DNA of 64,000 bases. Origin: Candidatus Hydrogenedentota bacterium. GTDB lineage: Bacteria > Hydrogenedentota > Hydrogenedentia > Hydrogenedentales > SLHB01. Positions 20,622 through 29,590 of the stretch are shown here, in pieces. A program made the position numbers and the translations under genes. Positions within the stretch are counted from its first letter, which is position 1. Each line of letters starts with the position of its first letter. The notes under the pieces were generated by a model. It was given only the letters and a program-made list of their open reading frames with translations, was not told where the DNA came from and made no database searches. The stretch covers positions 32,001-96,000 of the forward strand of contig CAXXTH010000008.1 of NCBI GenBank assembly GCA_963668025.2, given 5' to 3'.

Positions 20622-21128
20622 CTAGTTTGCGGCTTCTTCTGGCGCCGCCGCCGGAGCAGGAGTCTCTGCTGCCGGGGCGGGAGTTGCTTCCGCTGGCGCG
20701 GGCGTCTCCGCTGCCGGTGCTGGGGTGGCTGCTGCTGGCGTAGCCGCGGCGCCGCTTGCCTCATCACTATATTTGGAGCCGAGGCCCATATCGTCGAGAG
20801 CTTGCGATTCCGCCGATTCGGCCATTTCATCCGACGTGATAAGCTCAGGCGCACTGCCGCTAGTGATTCGGGACTGCACCACGGACAAAGAAAACGCCAG
20901 CACGACAAAGATAACCGACATCACATAAGTCAGCCGCACAGGCAGGCTTTTGCTCGCACGCGGGCCAAAAACAGCTTCTGAACCGGCCCCCATGCCGAAT
21001 GCGCCCGCAAATCCCGCCCCTTTGCCTTTTTGAAGGAGCACGATACCAATCAAACCCAAACAACTCGGCACATATAAAACCCACATTAGCACGCGCACCG
21101 CCTGCCAGCTAAAAATCGTCTCCAGCAT
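20622..21128 (-). CDS. secG: Preprotein translocase SecG with Ala/Pro-rich tail
   Basis: IVLLQKGKGAG..GAFG, two TM helices, downstream of tpiA. Confidence 0.9.
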   Translation of the reverse strand: MLETIFSWQAVRVLMWVLYVPSCLGLIGIVLLQKGKGAGFAGAFGMGAGSEAVFGPRASKSLPVRLTYVMSVIFVVLAFSLSVVQSRITSGSAPELITSDEMAESAESQALDDMGLGSKYSDEASGAAATPAAATPAPAAETPAPAEATPAPAAETPAPAAAPEEAAN

Positions 21129-21173
21129 TTTTCGATGTCCTTAACCCGGGCGCACGCGGCGCTATCCGGGCGG

Positions 21174-21929
21174 TTATTGCGCTGCTTTGATGATGGCCGC
21201 AAAACTGTCGGCCTTCAATGCCGCGCCACCCACCAGCGCACCGTCCACATTCGGTTTCGCCATCAGCTCCGCCGCGTTATCGGGCTTCACACTGCCGCCG
21301 TATTGTATCCTCAAGCCTTCCGCGATAGTTGCACCGAATTGATCCGAAACCAGGCTGCGCACGAATGCATGAGCCTCTTCCGCTTGCTCCGGCGTAGCCG
21401 TGACGCCCGTGCCAATCGCCCATATGGGCTCATACGCAACCGAAACGCGGGCAAAATCCACTTCCGACACACCCTGCAATCCGCGCGTGACTTGGCGGAC
21501 CAGCACATCATTCATCTTGCCGCTCTCACGTTCCTCGAGTGTTTCGCCGATGCAGAACATCACTTTGAGGCCGCTCGCCAGCGCAAAATGCAGCTTCTCA
21601 TTGAGAAACTCATCCGATTCATTAAAATACTGCCGCCGTTCGCTATGCCCGAGGATAGTCCACGCGCAGCCGGCATCCTTCAGCATCTGCGGGGAAACTT
21701 CGCCCGTAAACGCGCCGTTCTCCTTGAGATAGCAGTTCTGGCCGCCCATCTCGATATTCGAGCCCGCAAGGACTTGGCCCACGGCGTACAAGGAAGTGAA
21801 CACGGGGCATACCACGATATCCACATTCGATACACCCGCCACGAGAGGTTTCAATTCATTCACTATGGCCGTGGCTTCACCCACGAGCTTATACATTTTC
21901 CAATTGCCAGCAACCAGAGGCTTTCTCAC
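21174..21929 (-). CDS. tpiA: Triosephosphate isomerase
   Basis: AGNWKM, GHSERR, AYEPIWAIGTG, YGGSVKP. Confidence 0.98.
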   Translation of the reverse strand: MRKPLVAGNWKMYKLVGEATAIVNELKPLVAGVSNVDIVVCPVFTSLYAVGQVLAGSNIEMGGQNCYLKENGAFTGEVSPQMLKDAGCAWTILGHSERRQYFNESDEFLNEKLHFALASGLKVMFCIGETLEERESGKMNDVLVRQVTRGLQGVSEVDFARVSVAYEPIWAIGTGVTATPEQAEEAHAFVRSLVSDQFGATIAEGLRIQYGGSVKPDNAAELMAKPNVDGALVGGAALKADSFAAIIKAAQ

Positions 21930-22095
21930 CGTAGTCCCCTTTCTCTATATCCCATATGGGAACACCTGTTTCCTAGACAGACGAATGAACAGGCTTCTCC
22001 ACGCAAAAACCGGAAGCGAATTTTATCAGAATATTCAGGCCAACGCAACGCGCTTGACGAATTCATTTGTCTTTGGATGCATTGAATGCCTTTTC

Positions 22096-22124
22096 TTGCG
22101 CGGTATCCTCGAGGCGATTACAAT
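22096..22124 (+). promoter_or_regulatory. Putative sigma70 promoter of galK
   Basis: TTGCGC-17 bp-TACAAT. Confidence 0.45.
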
Positions 22125-22237
22125 ACGCCGCTTGATTATAGAGCAACTGGCGCTTGGTTGGCGAGTATAAACTGGCATGGCGGCAAATCTAGATGCCCCG
22201 GCGTTTTCATTGCGCTGGGCATCGTTCAGGAAATAGC

Positions 22238-23593
22238 ATGGTCTCTCTGAAAGAACTCCAGCACATATTTTATTCTGTTTTTCCCGGTGTAGGCGAAGCC
22301 CGGATTTGCCGTGCGCCTGGGCGCATTAACCTGCTGGGCGAGCATGTGGACTACAACGGCTTGCCTGTATTGCCCATGGCCATCAATAAGGCTATTTATG
22401 CCGCATTCCGCCCACGTACGGATGGCGCAGTGCGCATGCGGGACGCCCTGGGTTGTTTCGCCCCTGCTGAATTCGCCAATGAGCCGGATATCCCGGTTTC
22501 TCCTCAAGGCGCTTGGGACAATTACTGCAAGGCCGCACTCCAAGGTTTGAACCGCCATTTGGGAGTCAAGCGTTATCCCGGCATGGACATGCTGTTGCAA
22601 GGCGACATTCCCGTGGCGGCGGGGCTTAGCTCCTCATCCGCCATGGTTGTCGCATGCGCCTTGGCCTACCTTGATGTCTTGGGCGTCGTGCTCGGTGAAG
22701 ACATATCCCGCGTGGAACTGGCCAACGTGCTTGCGGACGCGGAGTGTTATGTGGGAACGCGTGGCGGCGGCATGGACCATGCGGCGATACTCCTGTCCGA
22801 ACCTGGATCGGCGTGCCGCATCGACTTTTTCCCGTTGCGCGCCCAGCCCATTCCGTTGCTCGAAGGGTATGCCGTCGTGGCATGCAATAGCCTCGTGAAA
22901 GTGGAAAAGTCCGGCTCGGCCATTCACCGCTACAATGAAGGCCCCATGGCTTCCCGCCTGATATGCGCCCTCGCGGAAAAACAGGCGAAAGAGGAATTCG
23001 GCGATGAGGTGTGTCTCGAACACTTGGCGGACCTTTGGTATGGCCCACTGTGCCTGCGCGACGAAGAGGTGGAAGGATTGTTTGAGCTGGCGTTTCCTTC
23101 CGAGGCCATGACTATTGAGGAAGCGGCGCGGCGGCTGGGGATCTCGATAAAAGAAGTGCGGCGCAAATGGCTGGGCGATCTGGCGGAGCCAGCCGAAGGA
23201 TTCCGTCTGCGCGCCCGCGCCCGGCACCAGCTCACCGAATTTCAACGCGTCGAAGCCGCCCGCGATCTGCTGCTGGCTGGCGACGCTGAAGGCCTGGGGT
23301 GCCTGCTCAATGCGTCCCACGAAAGTTGTGCAAAAGACTATATGGTGAGCTGTCCTGAGCTGGACGAATTAGTGTCGCGGGCGCGGGAGGGAGGGGCATT
23401 GGGCGCTCGCATGACTGGCGCCGGTTTTGGCGGCTGCACCGTCAATCTCGTGCCGGAGAATGCCGTAAAAGATTTCCAAGCCTATCTCGAAGAGACCTAT
23501 TATAAAGAACGCCTGCGCGATGGACGCTCTCCCTCGGATGCCATACTGGTTGTCGAACCTTCCGCGGGCGCTGGGTATTGCAGCGTGGAATAA
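22238..23593 (+). CDS. galK: Galactokinase (GHMP kinase)
   Basis: APGRINLLGEHVDYN, PVAAGLSSSSA, GGMD, GARMTGAGFGGC. Confidence 0.92.
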   Translation: MVSLKELQHIFYSVFPGVGEARICRAPGRINLLGEHVDYNGLPVLPMAINKAIYAAFRPRTDGAVRMRDALGCFAPAEFANEPDIPVSPQGAWDNYCKAALQGLNRHLGVKRYPGMDMLLQGDIPVAAGLSSSSAMVVACALAYLDVLGVVLGEDISRVELANVLADAECYVGTRGGGMDHAAILLSEPGSACRIDFFPLRAQPIPLLEGYAVVACNSLVKVEKSGSAIHRYNEGPMASRLICALAEKQAKEEFGDEVCLEHLADLWYGPLCLRDEEVEGLFELAFPSEAMTIEEAARRLGISIKEVRRKWLGDLAEPAEGFRLRARARHQLTEFQRVEAARDLLLAGDAEGLGCLLNASHESCAKDYMVSCPELDELVSRAREGGALGARMTGAGFGGCTVNLVPENAVKDFQAYLEETYYKERLRDGRSPSDAILVVEPSAGAGYCSVE

Positions 23594-23626
23594 CAATTGT
23601 TTCGGAGTAGGCCGGCGGCTGGCGCA

Positions 23627-25204
23627 TTACGTGGCCAAGCGGGCTTTCGCAATGAGGCGAAGGCAGCCCGCGTAGTCGATAGGCTCCCGCAACAGGCCCT
23701 TGCAGAGCGATTCAATCTCTTCCGGAGCAAGGCGTTCCGCGCCCATGGCGGCGCGGTGCTGTTCACTGTTGCGGCATAACCACAAAAGGGTGGAAGCATA
23801 ACAAGGCTTGGCAATCTCTTTTTTCGGTTTTCCACGCCGGACTTGGCCGAGCGCTTTTTCCGCATGTTCGCGGGTTGCGCCTGGCGGCAATGGCCCGATG
23901 CCAGCGCTCAATTCATGGGCCATATGCGTGGCGTATGCCTCGCTGAGGTGCGGAAGCAGCCATCGCTCCAGTTCATCTTCGAGCACGCCGCCCAGTATCA
24001 ATGACTCAGGCGGCGTTTGCCCGCCGCTCTTCAATAGGCGCAGCATTTGTTGCGAACGCTCGCTGAAAACTTCCCAGCCGGGAATCCAGGCATCAATCGT
24101 ACGGCCCACAAGGTCTGGCAGCGCCACGGTGAGCGTAAAAGAAGTTTCCGTACACTCCATATCCAAACGCCCCTGGTGGCTGGCTTCAATGGCCCGGCGA
24201 AGCGAAGCCGCGAATGCGGCTCCAAAACGCATATCAAGGCTTCCATGCGCCGAGATCACCACACCCGCAATGCGCGCCCCTGCATCATAATCCGCAAGGA
24301 CGGACATGCGCCCGCCTGCGGTAAGCGCGGGCGCTCCGAAGCGCAGCGCATTCAAAAAAAACGCTTGCATGCGTCCTCTGGCAATCGGGATGGGAGGCAG
24401 GCTTTCATCACAGTAGGTGTCCAGATAGCCTTCCGTTGAGAGGCCCCTCGCCTCCGCCTCCCGCCGAGTGCCTTCGAAAAGCGCCGGAAGGCTGGCCGGT
24501 TCAATCGTGCTAGAACCATCGACGATAGCCAATGCCGCATCAATATGTTTGGCGGCGTGGGTGAGGTTCTGGTGGCCATTCTGGGCGCGCAAGGCTTTAT
24601 CCGCGGCATCCAGCGCCGACAAGACCGCGTCAAGGCCCATTACCGGCTCCGTCATCTGGCGGATTCCCCGCAAACGCAGGCAAAGCCCATTGGCGGTCTG
24701 GTCCACCCGGCCTCCCAAGGTCGAACGAGTCCATAAACGCTCAAAATCTTCCATTGTGATGTGCATGGCCGGGCCAAAAGAAAGGGTATTTGGAAAAGAG
24801 CCTACCCCATCTAGAGATAGCTCTATTTGGGGCACATCATCTTCTTCAAATAATTCAACGACAAGCGCGCTGTCCGCCAGCAAGTCGGTGTTACCGGTTA
24901 GCCCGCATAATAAAAGAACGATCTGCTCCGCATCACCCCGGCACGGAGCCACCGCTTCATGTTCAAACATGCACTTAGCGCCCGCAGGCGATTCGGACAG
25001 GCCATTCAGAACTCGAATAGGGTCATACTCGGAGGCCTTTGGGGGGCGATGTAAAGCAAGGAAGCCAGCCGATTGCCGAATGGCGGCATGCGCTTGAGCC
25101 AGCCCATCCGGATGAGGCGCTTCGAGCAATCGTTCGCGGGCGAACGACAAGGAAGGTTCGATTTGGCTGAGCAAGTGTTTCATTTCCGCATCCAAACCGT
25201 GCAT
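23627..25204 (-). CDS. Hypothetical protein, possibly with degenerate HATPase-like domain(s)
   Basis: 525-aa ORF filling the gap; QAFFLNAL...HQGRLDME...FTLTVALP resembles a kinase C-terminus. Confidence 0.6.
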   Translation of the reverse strand: MHGLDAEMKHLLSQIEPSLSFARERLLEAPHPDGLAQAHAAIRQSAGFLALHRPPKASEYDPIRVLNGLSESPAGAKCMFEHEAVAPCRGDAEQIVLLLCGLTGNTDLLADSALVVELFEEDDVPQIELSLDGVGSFPNTLSFGPAMHITMEDFERLWTRSTLGGRVDQTANGLCLRLRGIRQMTEPVMGLDAVLSALDAADKALRAQNGHQNLTHAAKHIDAALAIVDGSSTIEPASLPALFEGTRREAEARGLSTEGYLDTYCDESLPPIPIARGRMQAFFLNALRFGAPALTAGGRMSVLADYDAGARIAGVVISAHGSLDMRFGAAFAASLRRAIEASHQGRLDMECTETSFTLTVALPDLVGRTIDAWIPGWEVFSERSQQMLRLLKSGGQTPPESLILGGVLEDELERWLLPHLSEAYATHMAHELSAGIGPLPPGATREHAEKALGQVRRGKPKKEIAKPCYASTLLWLCRNSEQHRAAMGAERLAPEEIESLCKGLLREPIDYAGCLRLIAKARLAT

Positions 25205-25369
25205 AGCCGGGAAAAAGACGCCACGATAAGAGCTTCAGCATGATAATATGAAGAACAACGCGATATTATAACATAGGAATGGGCGTATGACAATTCCTCG
25301 TTCTCCGCTTTCACGGAGCATGCAAGCCAAAACAAGGAAATGCCAGTGAAATACACCAAAGAGAACATG

Positions 25370-25455
25370 AAAGCGGTAGCAAGCTACCGCACTCCACATG
25401 CGTTCTGAGTGTTTCTTGTAAAGCTACTTGGAGTGCGGCAGCTTGCTGCCGCTTT
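25370..25455. repeat. Inverted pair of REP-like palindromes
   Basis: AAAGCGGTAGCAAGCTACCGCACTCCA (25370-25396) and TGGAGTGCGGCAGCTTGCTGCCGCTTT (25429-25455). Confidence 0.75.
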
Positions 25456-25893
25456 GGGTGTCCGGATTTCGTTTATATGCGCATTTTCGGCTCTGTGGCG
25501 ATGTAGATTTATCTGTGGCGCATTTTTTGGCGCTCCGCTTTCGTTTGAACGACAGATAGGTGATTTGAGTTATTACTACAATACATATACATGAAACATT
25601 TATTTATTAGTTCTAATAGCAGAACTGAAACCAAAATAAAAGTGTTGTCTTGCTTCGATTGAGGCATGATGGCCTAAATCCAATCTGATTGCGAGTTTGC
25701 CCACTATGGGCATATTGCCCATGTCTGCATTTAAATAATACATAAGCCATATTTTACAAAACTACATATGTAACACAAGATGTCTGCTAATATCTTCTGG
25801 CGCATGAAGAAGATCGAAGGTGCAGTCATGCGAACCCCATACCTATCGGATGAGTGTTTGGGCCTTCCGGGGTTATGCTCTCCGGGCATGACG

Positions 25894-26211
25894 CTATTCA
25901 GATGGCGTCATCACATACACCGGCAAGGCTCCTTGTAATTGGTCCTTACACGCCTGGCTTTGTTGTTGATCCCACGGGATTTGGCAATGGCTTTTCAGGA
26001 ATTTCTTCCGCAATTTGATGAGCAGATTCTTCTTGATATCTTTCCGAGAGTTCATACTACCGCGAAGATGCCATGCCCATATCAATACTTCCTGCGCAAG
26101 TGCGCGTGCGTCTTCCGTATTGTGCGTCAGTGCGAACGCCACCGAATAGCACATCTCCGCATACGATAGTAAGTCTTCTTCGTATGTTTCCCATGGCTCT
26201 AGTTGCTTCAT
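25894..26211 (-). CDS. Stand-alone ECF sigma region-2-like protein (no region 4)
   Basis: CYSVAFALTHNTEDARALAQEVLIWAW resembles ECF sigma2; RBS AAGGGG; preceded by a motif promoter. Confidence 0.6.
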   Translation of the reverse strand: MKQLEPWETYEEDLLSYAEMCYSVAFALTHNTEDARALAQEVLIWAWHLRGSMNSRKDIKKNLLIKLRKKFLKSHCQIPWDQQQSQACKDQLQGALPVYVMTPSE

Positions 26212-26354
26212 GGTGTCCCCTTAATCATGGCTTTCGTCCGCCATCATTGCAGATTCAAATACATCCTTAACCAAGTCCTGAGAAGAACGGGCACCCTCCC
26301 GGCATCCCAAGAATCCTGTTGCCCCATTTTTTCTTTTGCATCGTGTTGATGAGG

Positions 26355-26411
26355 ATTATTTGACCACGCCGTCGTAAAAGTGGGGTAAACACTGTGTAAA
26401 GTTTTGGCAAA
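26355..26411 (-). promoter_or_regulatory. 11-bp-period TTTRCC array promoter 1
   Basis: TTTGCCAAAAC TTTACACAGTG TTTACCCCACT TTTACG, then TCAAAT/AATAAT. Confidence 0.75.
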
Positions 26412-26475
26412 CAGTTACTCAACCGGGCAAATAACTTCGCAATCGTTCGCGTAATAACAATCCCGTAAACAAGTG

Positions 26476-26606
26476 AATCTTGCTCAAAAAAATCTCCCGT
26501 TAATGGAGGTATGCCATGTATTCCCATGTATTCCCGTTTATTCGCATCTATTCGTGGTTCAAAAATTGGCCCAATGCTTTTTGCTTCAGATGGCTAAAGT
26601 GTTACC
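26476..26606 (-). mobile_element. Partial inverted copy of MITE family A
   Basis: reverse complement of about 4201-4320, including TIR GGCTAAAGTGTTACC (26592-26606) and the TATTCGCATCTATTCG block. Confidence 0.8.
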
Positions 26607-26686
26607 AAAACTTCAATGTATGATAGTATCATGTGGTGTCAGCAAGGTCCTCGGAATCTTGGATTGTTTTTTCAAAGGGGATAGCC

Positions 26687-29590
26687 ATGGACTCGAGGCA
26701 GGAAGACACGGCGAAGGAACCAGAGGAAACCTTCGAATCCAAACCAGTCGAAATGCTAGGAACCGTTAATAGCGGTGTTATGTGTTTCCCCGTCGTGGGC
26801 ATTGGCGCGTCCGCCGGGGGGCTGGCGGCGTTTGAAGCTTTCTTCTCCGGCATGCCTGTTGACGCCGAGCCCGGCATGGCCTTTGTCTTGGTGCAACACC
26901 TGGCCCCGGATCACAAGAGCATCCTAAGCAATCTCATTCAGCGCTACACCCGCATGCAGGTCTTCGAGGTCGAGGACGGGATGCCGGTACAGCCGAACTG
27001 CGCCTATATCATTCCTCCTAACCGTGACATGGCTTTTCTAAACGGAACATTGCAGTTGCTGGAGCCGAGCGCCCCGCGCGGCCAGCGCCTTCCAATTGAT
27101 TTCTTTTTTCGCTCCCTGGCTCAGGACCAGCATGAACTGGCTATTGGCGTCGTGCTATCGGGCACAGGCAGCGATGGCACCCAAGGTGTGCGGGCCATCA
27201 AAGGGGAAGGCGGAATCGCCCTAGCCCAGAATCCAGAATCCACCGAGTACGACGGCATGCCTCGCAGCGCCATCGCCACGGGTTTAGTGGACTATGTGCT
27301 TCCGCCAGCCGAGATGCCCGCGCAGCTCATCGCTTATGTATCCCATGCCTTCGGCAAGCCCCCCAAGGCCGAATCTCCTTTAGCGCCCAAGACCGAGAAC
27401 GCATTGAAGAAGATTTTTATCCTCTTGCGCGTACAGACCGGCCATGATTTTTCCCAGTACAAACCGTCCACCATCCAGCGCCGCATCGAGCGGCGCATGG
27501 CCGTCCACCAAATCGAGGCTATTGAGCCGTACATCACCTATTTGCAGCAGACGCCCGCGGAGGTGGAGGCGCTCTTTCTCGACCTTTTGATTGGCGTGAC
27601 TCATTTCTTCCGCAATCCGGATGCATTCAAAGCCCTTGAGGAGCAAGCCATTCCCAAGCTCTTTGCCAATACGCCTGCATTTGCCACTATCCGCGCTTGG
27701 GCGCCTGGTTGTTCCACTGGCGAAGAAGCGTATTCCATCGCCATACTGATGCAAGAACATATGGAATCCTTGAAGCAGAATTATATGGTTCAGATCTTCG
27801 CCACGGACATTGACAGCCAAGCGATCGCCACGGCCCGCGCTGGCCTGTACCCGGCGAGCATAGCCGCCGATATTTCGCCGGAACGGCTGGCGCGATTCTT
27901 CGTAGCCGAACCGGGCGGCAGCGCGTACCGCATTCAAAAGAGCATCCGGGACATGCTTATCTTTTCCGAGCAGGACGTGATCAAAGACCCGCCCTTTTCC
28001 AAAGTTGATCTGCTCAGTTGCCGGAACCTCCTCATCTATATGGGCGCGGACCTGCAAAAGAAACTCATACCATTGTTCCATTATGCATTGAAACCGGGAG
28101 GCGTGCTCTTTCTAGGCCCTTCCGAGACCGTGGGGGAATTTGGCGATCTTTTTGGCGCATTGGACCGCAGCTCAAAACTCTATCTGCGCAAGGAGAACAT
28201 GCACGGCTCAACGCACGTGGCCTTGGGCAGGTTTCTCCCGCTCATGACGGCGCAGCCGGAGGCCGCCTCTCGGGCCACCAGAAAACCGGCTTTGCCCGAC
28301 AAACTACCGCTGCGTGAGCTGACAGAGCAAGCGCTTTTACAGCAGGCTGGCCTGGCTGGAGCACTCGTCGATGGACATGGGGATATCTTCTACCTCCACG
28401 GCCGCACCGGGCTGTATCTGGAGCCAGCACCGGGCAAAGCTGGGGTCAACAATATTCTGAAGATGGCCCGGGAAGGATTGCGGAGCGATTTGGCGGCTGC
28501 GCTGCACAAGGCCGCAGGGACAAAAGGTATCATATGCCACCCCGGTTTGCGCGTTAAGACGAATGGCGATTTCACCATAGTCAACCTGACCGTCAGGCCG
28601 ATTGCCCTTGATTATGCCGAGAAGCAGGAAACGCCGCTTTTCCTCATTGTCCTGGAGGATGCGCCGAAGTTCGATCCTGAACAGATGGTGCAGATAGCCG
28701 CCGCGCATGCCATGACAGGAGCGGCGGACAGCCCCGATACGGGAGCCGATGCGCGCATCGCCATGCTCGAGCAGGAATTGCGCGCCAAGGAGGAATACCT
28801 CCAAACCGCCATCGAGGAACTCGAGACTTCCAACGAAGAACTCAAATCATCGAATGAGGAAATGCAGTCCGTGAACGAGGAACTGCAATCCACCAATGAA
28901 GAGCTCGAGACCTCCAAGGAAGAATTACAGTCGGTGAATGAAGAACTGGCCACTGTCAACGCCGAACTACAAACCAAGGTGGCGGATCTGTCGCGGGCCA
29001 ACAATGACATGAACAACCTGCTGGCTGGCACCGGCATCGCCACCGTCTTTGTCGATCATCAACTCCGTATTCTGCGCTTTACACCCACCTCCACCCAGAT
29101 CATCAACCTGATTCTGAGCGATGTCGGACGGCCCGTGGGCCACATCGTCTCCAACCTCGTAGGTTACGACCGCTTGGTGGCGGATGTGCAGGCCGTGCTG
29201 GATAGCCTCATTCCCAAGGAAGAAACGGTTCAGACGACGGCCGGTGCGTGGTTCACGATGCGCATCCAGCCTTACCGCACAATCGACAATGTGATCGAAG
29301 GCGCGGTGCTCACCTTTGTCAATGTCACCGAGATGAAGCAGGCGCAGGACTCGTTGCAAAAGGCATTCGATCAGATCAAAACCTTGCGAGGCATTATTCC
29401 CATCTGTATGCACTGCAAGAAAATCCGTGACGATAAGGGCTATTGGAACCAAGTGGAGAACTACGTCCACGATCACAGCGACGCCGAGTTCAGCCACGGC
29501 ATTTGCCCGGAATGCATGAAGGAGTTGTATCCTGAGTTCGAGCGAAACGAAGATGGAAACGCACCGCAGTCCTCGGAGGATACGCGATGA
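26687..29590 (+). CDS. CheB methylesterase-CheR methyltransferase fusion with coiled coil, PAS and C-terminal Cys/His domain
   Basis: GASAGG, VQH, GTGSDG; FFRN, GCSTGEEAYS, SCRNLLIY; EELxSxNEE heptads; ICMHCKKIRD...SHGICPEC. Confidence 0.93.
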   Translation: MDSRQEDTAKEPEETFESKPVEMLGTVNSGVMCFPVVGIGASAGGLAAFEAFFSGMPVDAEPGMAFVLVQHLAPDHKSILSNLIQRYTRMQVFEVEDGMPVQPNCAYIIPPNRDMAFLNGTLQLLEPSAPRGQRLPIDFFFRSLAQDQHELAIGVVLSGTGSDGTQGVRAIKGEGGIALAQNPESTEYDGMPRSAIATGLVDYVLPPAEMPAQLIAYVSHAFGKPPKAESPLAPKTENALKKIFILLRVQTGHDFSQYKPSTIQRRIERRMAVHQIEAIEPYITYLQQTPAEVEALFLDLLIGVTHFFRNPDAFKALEEQAIPKLFANTPAFATIRAWAPGCSTGEEAYSIAILMQEHMESLKQNYMVQIFATDIDSQAIATARAGLYPASIAADISPERLARFFVAEPGGSAYRIQKSIRDMLIFSEQDVIKDPPFSKVDLLSCRNLLIYMGADLQKKLIPLFHYALKPGGVLFLGPSETVGEFGDLFGALDRSSKLYLRKENMHGSTHVALGRFLPLMTAQPEAASRATRKPALPDKLPLRELTEQALLQQAGLAGALVDGHGDIFYLHGRTGLYLEPAPGKAGVNNILKMAREGLRSDLAAALHKAAGTKGIICHPGLRVKTNGDFTIVNLTVRPIALDYAEKQETPLFLIVLEDAPKFDPEQMVQIAAAHAMTGAADSPDTGADARIAMLEQELRAKEEYLQTAIEELETSNEELKSSNEEMQSVNEELQSTNEELETSKEELQSVNEELATVNAELQTKVADLSRANNDMNNLLAGTGIATVFVDHQLRILRFTPTSTQIINLILSDVGRPVGHIVSNLVGYDRLVADVQAVLDSLIPKEETVQTTAGAWFTMRIQPYRTIDNVIEGAVLTFVNVTEMKQAQDSLQKAFDQIKTLRGIIPICMHCKKIRDDKGYWNQVENYVHDHSDAEFSHGICPECMKELYPEFERNEDGNAPQSSEDTR

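Noticed and set aside
20625-20760. Tandem repeat in the secG tail
   Set aside because: Ordinary low-complexity Ala/Pro/Glu extension
19721-20908. 395-aa ORF as a single protein
   Set aside because: Out-of-frame secG sequence joined to the murA N-terminal part; the real start is TTG at 20461
16771-22085. Long plus-strand ORFs (16771, 18071, 19280, 21135)
   Set aside because: Antisense shadows of hisC, hisD, murA and tpiA, expected in GC-rich DNA
25820-25840. att duplicate of the tRNA-Glu 3' end (GCAG...CGAACCCC)
   Set aside because: Too short and gapped to distinguish from chance
26399-26413. Left TIR for the second MITE A copy (AAGTTTTGGCAAACA)
   Set aside because: Better explained as unit 1 of array promoter 1
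28810-28950. 21-bp-period DNA repeat
   Set aside because: Reflects the coiled-coil heptads of the CheB/CheR fusion protein
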